Positions 22,532-32,714 of a DNA stretch of 64,000 nt are shown here, piece after piece. Both the position numbers and the translations under genes were made by a program. This DNA comes from Bdellovibrionales bacterium (GTDB taxonomy: Bacteria > Bdellovibrionota > Bdellovibrionia > Bdellovibrionales > JAUICD01). The stretch is taken from the NCBI GenBank assembly GCA_965203275.1, contig OZ241865.1, positions 1,600,001 to 1,664,000 on the forward strand, in the 5' to 3' direction. Below the pieces are notes generated by a model, which saw only the letters and a list, made by a program, of their open reading frames with translations, ran no database searches and was not told the DNA's origin. Position 1 is the first letter of the stretch. Each line of letters starts with the position of its first letter.

Positions 22532-24017
22532 GTCAAATCTTTCGTTATTTTTTATAACTATTTTTGTGATGTTGGCTATTTCTCAAGCTCAAACTCCACC
22601 AAAGGATAAAAAAATTATTATTGGTTCTAAAGCTTTTACAGAAGGTTATCTTTTAGCGGAGCTTCTTGCTCAGAAGTTAGAGCAAAAAGGCTTTCTTGTG
22701 GAGAGGCGTTTTGGTTTAGGAGGCACAGGTATTTTATTTGAAGCACTGTCTTCTGGGATGGTTGACATTTATCCTGAGTACACGGGTACAATTGTTCAAT
22801 CTTTGTTAGATACACCTGAAGTGATCAAAGACCATGATGCTCTTTATCGAAGAGTATCTTCTATGGGTTATGAGATCAGTCGAAGTTTTGGTTTTAATAA
22901 TACGTATGCTTTAGCTATGAGAGAACATGTAGCAGAAAAATTACAAATTAGCAGAGTATCTGATTTGCAGAATCACAAAGAACTAAAAGTAGCTTTTAGC
23001 CATGAATTTCTCAACAGGCCTGATGGTTACCCTGGTTTACAACGATCTTATCAATTGAGCTTTTTAAATGTCAGAGGTGTTCAACATGCGTTAGCTTATG
23101 AAGCTCTTGAAACAGATCAAATTGATCTTACAGATATTTATTCTACTGATGCGAAGGTAAAATCTTTAGGCTTAAGGGTATTAGAGGATGATAGGTCTTT
23201 TTTTACAGAGTATTTGCCGGTGGCATTTGTGAAAAAGAGCTTTAAGGAGAAGTTTCCAGGAGCATGGGCCGTCATTGAAAATCTTGAAGGGCAAATAGAT
23301 GAATCAAGTATGATTGAGATGAATTCACAAGTAGATATTGCTCAAGTTTCTTATAAAAAAGTTATTTCTGACTTTGTCACTCCGCTTGTGGCTTTTCAAG
23401 GTGACCCTCTGACGACTCGTATTATGCATAGAACAAAAGAACATATTTTACTTGTGATTGTCACTTTATTAATTTCTTTATTGATAGGGTTTCCATTAGG
23501 GATCCTTGCAACAGAAAACTCTATTTTAGAACGTATTATATTGAATATTACAGGTCTTGTGCAGACGATTCCTTCCTTAGCTCTTTTGTGTTTTTTAATT
23601 CCTTTTTTTGGTATTGGGGAGGTGTCTGCTTTAATTGCTTTGATTCTCTATGGTTTATTACCTATTGTGATCAATACATGTACTGGCATTACAAGTATAG
23701 ACAAAAAATACAATGAAGTTTGTTGTGCATTAGGATTGTCTTGGTGGGAGGCTCTTGTTCATATTAAAGTGCCTATTGCTTCTCCAACAATTTTAGCAGG
23801 CATAAAAACTTCTGTAATTATCAGTATTGGGACAGCCACTTTATCAGCTTTAATTGGAGCTGGTGGTTATGGTGTTCCTATTATGACAGGATTAGCTTTG
23901 AGTGATACGTCCATTATTTTAGAAGGAGCTTTGCCTGCTGCTCTCTTGGCACTTTTGGCTAATTTTATTTTAGATAAAGCGAATAAAATATGTATACCCA
24001 TAGGTCTGCAATCATAA
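22515..24017 (+). CDS. Glycine betaine/choline ABC transporter, fused binding protein and permease
   Basis: IGSKAFTEG, YPEYTGT, FNNTYALA, QTIPSLAL, IGAGGYG. Confidence 0.9.
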   Translation: MICMFKSNLSLFFITIFVMLAISQAQTPPKDKKIIIGSKAFTEGYLLAELLAQKLEQKGFLVERRFGLGGTGILFEALSSGMVDIYPEYTGTIVQSLLDTPEVIKDHDALYRRVSSMGYEISRSFGFNNTYALAMREHVAEKLQISRVSDLQNHKELKVAFSHEFLNRPDGYPGLQRSYQLSFLNVRGVQHALAYEALETDQIDLTDIYSTDAKVKSLGLRVLEDDRSFFTEYLPVAFVKKSFKEKFPGAWAVIENLEGQIDESSMIEMNSQVDIAQVSYKKVISDFVTPLVAFQGDPLTTRIMHRTKEHILLVIVTLLISLLIGFPLGILATENSILERIILNITGLVQTIPSLALLCFLIPFFGIGEVSALIALILYGLLPIVINTCTGITSIDKKYNEVCCALGLSWWEALVHIKVPIASPTILAGIKTSVIISIGTATLSALIGAGGYGVPIMTGLALSDTSIILEGALPAALLALLANFILDKANKICIPIGLQS

Positions 24018-24020
24018 TGA

Positions 24021-24076
24021 AGAGATGCAATATGGAGAGATGCAATATGGAGAGATGCAATATGGAGAGATGCAAT
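24021..24076 (+). repeat. 15-bp tandem repeat (AGAGATGCAATATGG) x3.7 over the fabZ RBS/start
   Basis: Exact copies at 24021, 24036, 24051 and partial at 24066. Confidence 0.95.
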
Positions 24077-24551
24077 GAAAACACAAATGAATATCCATGA
24101 TGTTATTTCTATTTTACCTCATCGCTATCCTTTTTTATTGATAGATCGGGTTTTAGATCGTCAAAGACCTGATGATTTAGAAAACGGCAATTGGAAGGGT
24201 GCTAAATTATTAGCTATTAAAAACGTGACTATCAATGAACCTTTTTTTGTAGGGCATTTTCCAAATAATCCTATCATGCCTGGGGTGATGATTTTAGAGG
24301 CTATGGCTCAAGCAGCAGCTTTATTGTTAGAGCGTCCGCATCCAGAAGGGGGAAAATGGAACTTTTTCTTAGGTGGAGTGCAAAAGGCTAGATTTTATAA
24401 ACCTGTGCTTCCTGGAGATACACTGCATCTTCATGTAGAATTACTCAAAGCTAAGCAGAACAACACAGTTTATCTTTTTAAGTGTTGTGTTGTTGTTGAT
24501 GATATTAAGAAGGCAGAAGCAACCATGACAGCCCAGATTTTGTTTCACTAA
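24075..24551 (+). CDS. fabZ: 3-hydroxyacyl-ACP dehydratase
   Basis: [31 protein letters not shown]. Confidence 0.95.
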   Translation: MKTQMNIHDVISILPHRYPFLLIDRVLDRQRPDDLENGNWKGAKLLAIKNVTINEPFFVGHFPNNPIMPGVMILEAMAQAAALLLERPHPEGGKWNFFLGGVQKARFYKPVLPGDTLHLHVELLKAKQNNTVYLFKCCVVVDDIKKAEATMTAQILFH

Positions 24552-24622
24552 AAGAGGCCAGTTTATCTTGAGTGAACCAGAGGCTAGTTCAATTTTAGGG
24601 AAATAGGCCACTTTTAGTGAAA
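24543..24622. repeat. Stack of family-A right ends overlapping the fabZ stop codon
   Basis: AGAGGCCAGTTTATCTTGAGTGAA, CCAGAGGCTAGTTCAATTTTAGGGAAA, GGCCACTTTTAGTGAAA. Confidence 0.75.
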
Positions 24623-24669
24623 AAAAAGAAGCTTAGCTGTTTGTAAAAAAGCTTTACTATGCCGGTACT

Positions 24670-26751
24670 CTATCTAGCACCTCCGGTAGCAGGCCGAGGA
24701 CTTCCTCCACTTCCTCTACCTCTGGCAGAGGCAGAAGTAGCTGTAGAACAATGTTCGACTAGTCCTGTTGTCCAATCACTTTCTGCCTCACCTGTTGTTG
24801 TTGAATTCGGCCTACTGTCACATCCAATTCCATTAGAGCTAGGGGCATTTCCATTACCACACAAATAATCTGTGATAGTTAGACGTTTAAGACATAAAGG
24901 ATCATTTCTTTCATCACATTTCTCAAGATTAAATATTGGCATTAGTTTAGAACTTATATTTTCATTTCCTTGACGAATGGATAATTTGTTAAAATATATG
25001 TTAGAGTAATACTTACTTTGGCTTAGCCATGAAGAGAGAGGTACTACATCTGTACTTGTTTGACGACGAGGCATTACATCAAGAGAAATATTGCTCCCAC
25101 ATGCTTTGTTAAAGAGAAGTCCTGCTTCATGAAGAGCGACACGATGTGTTTCTATACATTTATCCTTATTGTCTCCTTGATTTTTTATCCTATTATAATC
25201 TCGCAATGCTGTCTGATAAATTCCATTAGATCTGCCATCATCTGCTATTCCTGGGAAAAAAAGCTCAGTTCGATCATTTTCTAAATGTCTAAGATCTTCA
25301 TTTAATCCATCGAATAAACAACGATTACTTACACCATGTTCTTTTTTTATTTCAATTGTTTGACCTTGATGGGTAAAAACTGCCTTGTGACTATCTCCTT
25401 TATAGAAGCATGCTACACTACCAGCTAAATAAACAAAATTATTAAAATTATCTAGGGTCACTGTTGGACCCTTGTAGGTTACTTTTTCAGTATCGAAATT
25501 AGAACTTAAACAATAGTCTCCGTCTGAACGATCACTTTGATAAACAACAGCTTTTAATACTTTTCCTCCATGATATTGATTACCTTCAACTTCTTCCAGT
25601 CGTACAACAAGATATTGATCATCCCCAGTTTTGACTTGACAGAAATGTTTCCCAGGTAATTGATGAAATTTAACACAATCATTTGCTACTTCAGATACAT
25701 CTGCACCCACATCTGCTACAGGTACATTGTTTAATGCCTCTAAGTCATGTCGAAATACATCACAGTGTTTCTTTTCAATGGAGTTGCTTACATCACTACA
25801 CGTTGCATTCACATCTTGAAGCTTCTCTAAAATATTACCATCCGTCGCATCTAAAAGAGCTACATTGTATCGAGTTACTGCATCATCTGCTCCGTCTAAA
25901 GCTTCCTCGATGAGTTTATCTCTTTTTTTAATCCATTCTTCAGAAACATCTGAGTTCCATAAAGTAGTCTCTCTAATTTGATTTTTAACGACTCTTCTTT
26001 TCTGATGTAAAGTGATATTATCAAGAGAGGAATTAGAATCTCTTAATTGCTCTGCTATCAATTGAGCATCAGCATAAGCACAAGCTTGAGTGGTGCTATA
26101 GTTTCTTCCTGCATCATAAATTCCTACACGATAAACACAAGGGGCTGTAGGGAATATTTCACGATTACATTGAATACCATCACCAACACCATTTAAATTA
26201 CATCTCTTACGATTATCATCCCTTGTTGCTTCCTGCCATTTACAACTACTTAAAACATGCCCTCCAAAAAAGCACGTCCCGCGTGCCTGAGCATAAGCTT
26301 GTGCTATAAATAATTGCCAAAATAGATAAAGGGAGGATGTTTTGGTAGAACGTTGACGACGAGATAACTCTAAGACGGCCATAGTCCTCACCATAGAATG
26401 ATATAATTTGATTTTTTGTTTGACAGGCAATCGCTTCCAGCGAGCCTCAAGAGATAATTTTGTGTTTTGTCTTCTTGCTCTGTTTTCTTTTCTTGCTCTA
26501 GAAGAAGTGCGTTTTTTAACTCTAGCATTTGAAGCTCTTGAACGTTGAACCCTTGATCTACTAGATCTGGAATTACTAACTCTGGTATTTGTAACTTTAG
26601 ATGGTTTTACACGAGAGGTATCAGACCTGGCAAAGACATCCACAGGCTCTAAAAACACCTGCAAACAAGACAGAATGAAAGCTATTAATATATTTTGACG
26701 CACTGCCCCCCCCCTCATTTTTTGGCGAAACGCTGAGTTGACAGTGTACAT
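24670..26751 (-). CDS. Hypothetical secreted Cys-rich protein with Arg/Ser-rich N-terminus
   Basis: 693-aa ORF, signal-like segment, many Cys. Confidence 0.7.
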   Translation of the reverse strand: MYTVNSAFRQKMRGGAVRQNILIAFILSCLQVFLEPVDVFARSDTSRVKPSKVTNTRVSNSRSSRSRVQRSRASNARVKKRTSSRARKENRARRQNTKLSLEARWKRLPVKQKIKLYHSMVRTMAVLELSRRQRSTKTSSLYLFWQLFIAQAYAQARGTCFFGGHVLSSCKWQEATRDDNRKRCNLNGVGDGIQCNREIFPTAPCVYRVGIYDAGRNYSTTQACAYADAQLIAEQLRDSNSSLDNITLHQKRRVVKNQIRETTLWNSDVSEEWIKKRDKLIEEALDGADDAVTRYNVALLDATDGNILEKLQDVNATCSDVSNSIEKKHCDVFRHDLEALNNVPVADVGADVSEVANDCVKFHQLPGKHFCQVKTGDDQYLVVRLEEVEGNQYHGGKVLKAVVYQSDRSDGDYCLSSNFDTEKVTYKGPTVTLDNFNNFVYLAGSVACFYKGDSHKAVFTHQGQTIEIKKEHGVSNRCLFDGLNEDLRHLENDRTELFFPGIADDGRSNGIYQTALRDYNRIKNQGDNKDKCIETHRVALHEAGLLFNKACGSNISLDVMPRRQTSTDVVPLSSWLSQSKYYSNIYFNKLSIRQGNENISSKLMPIFNLEKCDERNDPLCLKRLTITDYLCGNGNAPSSNGIGCDSRPNSTTTGEAESDWTTGLVEHCSTATSASARGRGSGGSPRPATGGAR

Positions 26752-27097
26752 TATGACTTCCTTCTTGTTTAAAATATTGATTATTTTTTATAAATTCTAT
26801 TTACTAAGTGATTTAAACCTATAACCTATAATTGTTATCGTCAGAAATTTTAAAATAATAAAATTTTTTATCTAAAAATCAGATAAAAAATCTTTTTGTG
26901 ATCCATTTTGTGATCCATAATGAGACACTTTCTCTTTTGACTCTGGACTTTCATCTATAAGAGGCCAACAAGAAGCTCACAACAAAAACAAACCCACACA
27001 TCGTAATCGCATAGCAACATAATAACTAAGCATCATAAATGCTTCTTGTATAAAACGAAAATAAAGAAAATAAAAAAATAAAGAAAATAGCGAAAAT

Positions 27098-27126
27098 AAA
27101 ATGAGGACTGAAAAAGCCCTCATTTT
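27098..27126 (-). terminator. Probable intrinsic terminator of hup
   Basis: AAAATGAGG...CCTCATTTT inverted repeat about 30 nt after the stop. Confidence 0.6.
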
Positions 27127-27157
27127 TAAAATTCAAAAATAATAAATCAATTGGGTT

Positions 27158-27430
27158 TTAGTTCAACAAATTTTTAAACTCACTTCCAGGACGGAACTTA
27201 GGATACCAAGATGCTGGTATCTTAATAGCTTGACCTGTTTGTGGGTTACGGCCTGTACGAGCCTTACGCTTAGACTTAGCAAAAGTGCCAAATCCAATAA
27301 GCTTAACTTCATTGCCTCGCTTTACAGACTTTCTAACGACTCCTAAAGTTGTGTCAAGCACTCGCTCAACATGAGCTTTAGGTGTATCACATTCTTTAGC
27401 AACTTTTTCAACTAATTCTGCTTTATTCAT
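27158..27430 (-). CDS. hup: HU family DNA-binding protein
   Basis: MNKAELV, GFGTF, RTGRNPQTG; GGAGG RBS supports start at 27430. Confidence 0.93.
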   Translation of the reverse strand: MNKAELVEKVAKECDTPKAHVERVLDTTLGVVRKSVKRGNEVKLIGFGTFAKSKRKARTGRNPQTGQAIKIPASWYPKFRPGSEFKNLLN

Positions 27431-27876
27431 AAAATAATCCTCCATAGTTAGAATAGTTAGAATTTTTTAAACGTTTAAAAAATTAAGCTGACTGTTTAGT
27501 GATGTATTCAAACACCGTTCTATTAATTAAGTTTTACTTCAAAATGATCATATACCTTTCGTCAAATAAAAAATACAAAAAACATGCATTTTAAAGCTTT
27601 TTATAATAATTTTATAATAATTTATAAAGTTGACCTAATGAAATAGCCCTTGAACTCCCCGTTTCCGATCCAACAAACATCTTCACAGGCTATCCCTATT
27701 ATGCTATAATAAGCTATAGAAACTAAAAAACAAGCTAAATTTACAAAAATATTAAAAAATAAAAATAAATGAAAATCAATCCCTTTTTGTGTTATAAAGT
27801 TATTATGTGTTGTCTTGCCTACCAAGCAAAGATAACACAAGAACGCTTATAATCCCTTAAAATAAAGGAAATAACA

Positions 27877-28458
27877 ATGAATATCCACTCAGACCTTGCC
27901 ATTGAGGTTCACAATACCCCCAATCCTCAAACTAAAAAATTTGTTTTCAATGCACAGTTAGTGACAAGCCCCATAGAGTTTACAGACAGCCTAAGTGCAG
28001 AAAAATCCCCCCTTGCCTCTAAAATATTTGGTTTTCCTTGGGCAAGCTCTGTTTACATTGGTATTGACTTTGTATCTGTCACAAAGCAAGAATGGGTCGA
28101 TTGGGAGCTTCTACAAGAACCTCTCTGTCAAATTCTTTTAGACCATATCCAATCAAAAGAACCCATCTTGTTACAGAATGGTACAAATATATCTCAAAAT
28201 CCAAATCCACAGGATATTTTAGATACAGATACAGAAGAAGTCAAAAAAATCAAAACTGTTATCAATAGAGATATTCGACCTTTTGTGGCTATGGATGGAG
28301 GGGATATTGTGTTTAATAAATATGAAAATGGTATGGTATACGTTGATATGAGGGGAGCTTGCAGTGGATGTCCAAGCTCTCAAGCCACTTTGAAAGATGG
28401 TGTAGAAAGATTACTTAAGCAAGCCCTTCCTGAAATTCAAGGCATCATAGCTAATTGA
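27877..28458 (+). CDS. NifU/Nfu-type Fe-S cluster carrier
   Basis: TPNP Nfu N-domain, DGGD, GACSGCPSS. Confidence 0.92.
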   Translation: MNIHSDLAIEVHNTPNPQTKKFVFNAQLVTSPIEFTDSLSAEKSPLASKIFGFPWASSVYIGIDFVSVTKQEWVDWELLQEPLCQILLDHIQSKEPILLQNGTNISQNPNPQDILDTDTEEVKKIKTVINRDIRPFVAMDGGDIVFNKYENGMVYVDMRGACSGCPSSQATLKDGVERLLKQALPEIQGIIAN

Positions 28459-28463
28459 ACATT

Positions 28464-28844
28464 TTACAAATACTTTTTTATAAGTTGATCCAAAGAATAC
28501 TTACCACCATCTAAAAAGAATAAAGCCAAAAACACAACAAAAAATAACAAAGCTTTTTCTTTTTGTGACCAGGGATCACTTGCATGGAATATAAAAGCTG
28601 CCACACCCATTGTGGTCATAAGAGGGACAACGGCCCATCTTGTACATAGACCCAAAATCACAGCACAAGCACAAAAAAACTCTGCAAAAATAGCAAAAGC
28701 AAGGGTTGCCATTGATCCAATACCAATAGGGTCAGGAAATGTATCCATCCTATCTGTAAAAGACACTAACTTCCCCCACCCATGTAAAAACAACATAAGG
28801 CTTCCGCTTCCTACCCTTAATATCAATAATCCAATGTCTTTCAT
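28464..28844 (-). CDS. DoxX family membrane protein
   Basis: LLILRV, HGWGKL, GGKYSLD. Confidence 0.88.
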   Translation of the reverse strand: MKDIGLLILRVGSGSLMLFLHGWGKLVSFTDRMDTFPDPIGIGSMATLAFAIFAEFFCACAVILGLCTRWAVVPLMTTMGVAAFIFHASDPWSQKEKALLFFVVFLALFFLDGGKYSLDQLIKKYL

Positions 28845-28906
28845 AAAGCTCCTTAATAGATTACATTTTTTTAAATTTTATGTTTTTTTCAAAATCAATT
28901 CACAAA

Positions 28907-29659
28907 TCAATTAATAGAATGAAAAAGGCGAGACCAGCGAATAGTTCCTGGATGACATAAAAACTCTAACAAAGGCAACATCTCATCACAGCTCAACCAC
29001 ACAAACATTGCTCTTCCTATAATATTTTCATAAGGTACAAATCCCCAATGTCGTCCATCATTTGAATTGTCTCTATTATCCCCCATCACAAAAAAGTGAT
29101 TTTCTGGTACAACAGTTGGTCCCCAGTTCTGTCTAAAAGAAGTTTTGTACAACAAAATAGGATGCCCTGTTTGAGATATTAAATGTTCATTAAATAAATC
29201 ATAATCATTTTTTACCCCAGGCAAATCAGAATTTCTCACCCATTCAAAGTCTTTTGAATTGGTAAGAGGGTTTCTCTCAATTTGATTGCTATTGATATAA
29301 AGATGACCACCTCGATAAGATATTTCATCTCCAGGAAGACCTATCACCCTTTTAATAAAAAAAGTTTTTTTATTAGTCATATTAGCACTTAGCGGAGCAA
29401 GAAAAACAACTACTTCATTACGTTTAAGCTGTGAAAAATGCACAAGCCATTTTTTACTCCAAGGCACTCGCACCCCATATACAATTTTATTGACAAAAAT
29501 ATGATCGTGGATCAAAAGAGAAGGCAACATACTGCCTGTTGGAATAACATAAGCTTCTAACAACAACCACCGGACTGTTAATGCAGCCACTATAGCTATA
29601 AGTATAGAAGATATACCACTTAAAAAATTTCCTTTTGATTTACCTTTTGATTTAGTCAT
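28907..29659 (-). CDS. lepB: Signal peptidase I
   Basis: IPTGSMLPSL, FIKRVIGLPGD, MGDNRDNSNDGR. Confidence 0.95.
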   Translation of the reverse strand: MTKSKGKSKGNFLSGISSILIAIVAALTVRWLLLEAYVIPTGSMLPSLLIHDHIFVNKIVYGVRVPWSKKWLVHFSQLKRNEVVVFLAPLSANMTNKKTFFIKRVIGLPGDEISYRGGHLYINSNQIERNPLTNSKDFEWVRNSDLPGVKNDYDLFNEHLISQTGHPILLYKTSFRQNWGPTVVPENHFFVMGDNRDNSNDGRHWGFVPYENIIGRAMFVWLSCDEMLPLLEFLCHPGTIRWSRLFHSIN

Positions 29660-29723
29660 AAGACTTTTAACCTATAACGTAACCTTTGTTTCAGTCAATA
29701 CCTTCTATAAAATACAACACACT

Positions 29724-30383
29724 TTAGCCACAAGCTTTTTTCTCAGGATCATTTTGTTCTAATTCTGAAGATACAGAATCTTTAGAAGACTCTGAGGTGT
29801 TTTTTTGTGTAAGAGTCTCTTTTTTCTTTTGGATAATTTTTCTCAAAATTGCTGGAGTAGGGGCTAGCATCACAAACATTTGACGGCCTTCCATTTTAGG
29901 TAGATGCTCCACAACACTTACATCTGCTAAAGTTTGAATGACTTTTTGAATTTGTTGTTGGCCTATATTTTGATGGGCCATTTCACGACCTCTAAAACGC
30001 ATAGTAATTTTAGTCTTATCACCATTTTCTAAAAACCGCCTGGCATGGTTTAATTTAATAGCTAAATCATGTGAATCTGTACGTGGACGAATTTGAATTT
30101 CTTTGATGGAAACAATAGTTTGCTTTTTTTTGGATTCTTGAGCCTTTTTCTTCTGCTCATACTTGTACTTCCCATAATCCATAATCTTACATGTTGGTGG
30201 ATTTGCATTCGGTGCAATTTCTATAAGATCAAGTCCTTGATCAAATGCAATTTCTAAAGCCTGAGAAGACTTCATAATGCCTAACATTTTGCCTGTACTA
30301 TCCACAACCCGTATTTGTGGAGCTTTGATCTGCTCATTCATACGGAAACGATCTTTATTTGTTTTATCTTTTTTATGTCTAAT
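29724..30383 (-). CDS. infC: Translation initiation factor IF-3 with ATT start
   Basis: CKIMDYGKYKY, FRGRE; in-frame ATT at 30383 five nt after AAGGAGG. Confidence 0.93.
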   Translation of the reverse strand: MRHKKDKTNKDRFRMNEQIKAPQIRVVDSTGKMLGIMKSSQALEIAFDQGLDLIEIAPNANPPTCKIMDYGKYKYEQKKKAQESKKKQTIVSIKEIQIRPRTDSHDLAIKLNHARRFLENGDKTKITMRFRGREMAHQNIGQQQIQKVIQTLADVSVVEHLPKMEGRQMFVMLAPTPAILRKIIQKKKETLTQKNTSESSKDSVSSELEQNDPEKKACG

Positions 30384-30520
30384 AAATGCCTCCTTTGTCT
30401 TTTTGTTTTGATCTAAATTTATCTAAAATAGTTATTCAAAATAACCTCAATACATAGTTAATTTCTGGTATTGAAGGCAAAAACTCATTTATACATGAAA
30501 CATAAACTTTTTGTTATAAC

Positions 30521-30627
30521 TTTTTTATTTCATCTTATTTTTTTATTTCATCTTACTTTTTATTTCATCTTACTTTTTTATTTCATCTTACTTTTTTATT
30601 TCATCTTACTTTTTTATTTCATCTTAC
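30521..30627. repeat. 18-bp tandem repeat (TTTTTTATTTCATCTTAC) x6 containing the thrS stop
   Basis: Six consecutive units, one of 17 bp. Confidence 0.95.
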
Positions 30628-32593
30628 TTTTTTCTAAAAGAAAAGGATTTAATGACTTACTCCGAATATCATCTACCACTTTGCTTAAAAAATCATCTTT
30701 ATTTATAGCATTTTTTTGAATTCCTCCATAAGAGCGTATAGAAACCTGAGTATTTTCCATTTCTTTCTGTCCTATAATAACAATATAAGGGATTTTATTC
30801 AAGTGAGCATCCCGCATTTTATATCCTAATTTTTCACTTCTACTATCATACTCGACTCTCACCCCAGCCTCTTTAAATTCTGTTACCAATCTTTGGCAAT
30901 AACCATCCTGTTGGTCAGTGATGTTTAAAATACGAACTTGACAAGGAGCTAGCCAGGGAGGCATTTGCCCTGCTAAATGTTCTAAATAAACCCCTATAAA
31001 ACGTTCAAAAGTTCCTAAAATGGCTCTGTGAAGCATGACAGGAGTATGAGGATGGTTATCTGGTCCTGTATATTTTAATCCAAAACGTTCAGGCATTACG
31101 TAGTCTAACTGAATAGTACCTAATTGCCAAGACCTATCAAGGGCATCTGTAATATGAAATTCTACCTTAGGGCCATAAAAAGCTCCCTCTCCAATTGCTT
31201 TTTCATAAGATAAATTCATATCTTTTAAAGCACCTTCTAAGTCTATTTCACTTCTATCCCATAACATATCCGAACCAGCACGTTCTGTAGGGCGAGTAGC
31301 TAATCTGACGATCATTTTTTGGTTGAGTCCTAATACTTTGTAAACTTCATTTAAAAAGTGAATAAATAAAGTGACTTCTGATTTAATTTGATCTTCTGTG
31401 CAGAAGATATGAGCGTCATCTTGACACATTGTACGTACTCTTAAAAGACCATTTAAAACACCACTGCGTTCCCATCGGTGAAGCCTTCCAAAATCTGCAA
31501 TCCTCAAAGGTAGGTCTCTATAAGAATGCTGTTGCATTTGAAATAAAAGACAATGACCTGGGCAATTCATAGGTTTGACAGCATGATTTAAAATGTCTTC
31601 TTTTGTTTTATTTTTTGCAAAAAACATATTTTCTAAAAAATGCTCATAATGACCAGATGTTTTGTAAAGCTCTATATTAAAAATCTCAGGAGTAATGACC
31701 TCTTGGTAATCGTATTTTTTATAAAGCTGTTGGATATATTCCACAAGTTGTTTATAAATAACACACCCTTTAGGAGTAAAAAAAGGACTCCCAGGAGCCA
31801 GTGGGTGAAAATAAAATAATCCTATCTGCTTGCCAAGCTTTCTGTGATCTCGTTTTTGAGCATCCTCCCTTTTTTGAAGATAGTTTTTGAGTTGCTGGGC
31901 TGTTGGCCAAGCTGTACCATAAATTCTCTGTAGAGGTTGCCTTTTTTCATCTCCTCTAAAATAAGCTGCTGCAACAGAAAGCAACTTAAATGCCTTTAAT
32001 TGACCAGTCCGTTGTATATGAGGACCTCTACAAAGATCTAGCCAATCCCCCTGCCGGTAAATGCTCACTTCTTTAATGCCCTCTTGAGCTTCTAGGTCTT
32101 GAATGATTTCTACTTTAAAGTCTTCTCCTATGCCTTTGAAAAAAGCAATAGCCTCTTGAATAGACATGATCTCTTTTGTGATCAAAAGATCTTTTTGAAT
32201 AATATCATGCATTTTCTTTTCAATTTTTGGAAGATCATCTGTTGTGAATGGCTTAGGAGTATAAAAGTCATAATAAAAACCATCCTTAATGACTGGACCA
32301 ATAGTGATTTGCACATCAGGGAAAAGCTCTTGTGTTGCCTGTGCTAAAATATGTGCAGCAGAATGTAAATAAATGGCAGATGACCTGGTATGTTTGTCAG
32401 TAAGAATTGTTAAGTGATCTCCGTCAGATAGTAAGTCCCTTAAATCTAAGAGCTTTTCCTCATCCTGCTGAGATACAAGCCCTCCTAAAGTGTCTTTAGC
32501 AAGACGAGGGCCTAAGGCTTGAGCCACATCTAAGACAGTCGGCCTTGATGTAAATGTTTTAATGGATTGGTCCGGAAGAATAATTTTAATCAT
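30614..32593 (-). CDS. thrS: Threonine--tRNA ligase
   Basis: DLCRGPH, RDHRKLG, KPMNCPGH, HRAILG; upstream of infC. Confidence 0.97.
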   Translation of the reverse strand: MIKIILPDQSIKTFTSRPTVLDVAQALGPRLAKDTLGGLVSQQDEEKLLDLRDLLSDGDHLTILTDKHTRSSAIYLHSAAHILAQATQELFPDVQITIGPVIKDGFYYDFYTPKPFTTDDLPKIEKKMHDIIQKDLLITKEIMSIQEAIAFFKGIGEDFKVEIIQDLEAQEGIKEVSIYRQGDWLDLCRGPHIQRTGQLKAFKLLSVAAAYFRGDEKRQPLQRIYGTAWPTAQQLKNYLQKREDAQKRDHRKLGKQIGLFYFHPLAPGSPFFTPKGCVIYKQLVEYIQQLYKKYDYQEVITPEIFNIELYKTSGHYEHFLENMFFAKNKTKEDILNHAVKPMNCPGHCLLFQMQQHSYRDLPLRIADFGRLHRWERSGVLNGLLRVRTMCQDDAHIFCTEDQIKSEVTLFIHFLNEVYKVLGLNQKMIVRLATRPTERAGSDMLWDRSEIDLEGALKDMNLSYEKAIGEGAFYGPKVEFHITDALDRSWQLGTIQLDYVMPERFGLKYTGPDNHPHTPVMLHRAILGTFERFIGVYLEHLAGQMPPWLAPCQVRILNITDQQDGYCQRLVTEFKEAGVRVEYDSRSEKLGYKMRDAHLNKIPYIVIIGQKEMENTQVSIRSYGGIQKNAINKDDFLSKVVDDIRSKSLNPFLLEKSKMK

Positions 32594-32714
32594 TTAGAAA
32601 ATACAAAGTTAGGTTAAAAGTCAAATAAATATTCTTATTTCACACATTTACTTAAAACCATGCTATAATAAAAACAAACATAAGTCTATAAGAGAATATA
32701 AAAAGGTCAGAATA

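Noticed and set aside
30471..30719. 82-aa hydrophobic ORF (FYFILL repeats)
   Set aside because: Product of the 18-bp tandem repeat, antisense to the thrS end
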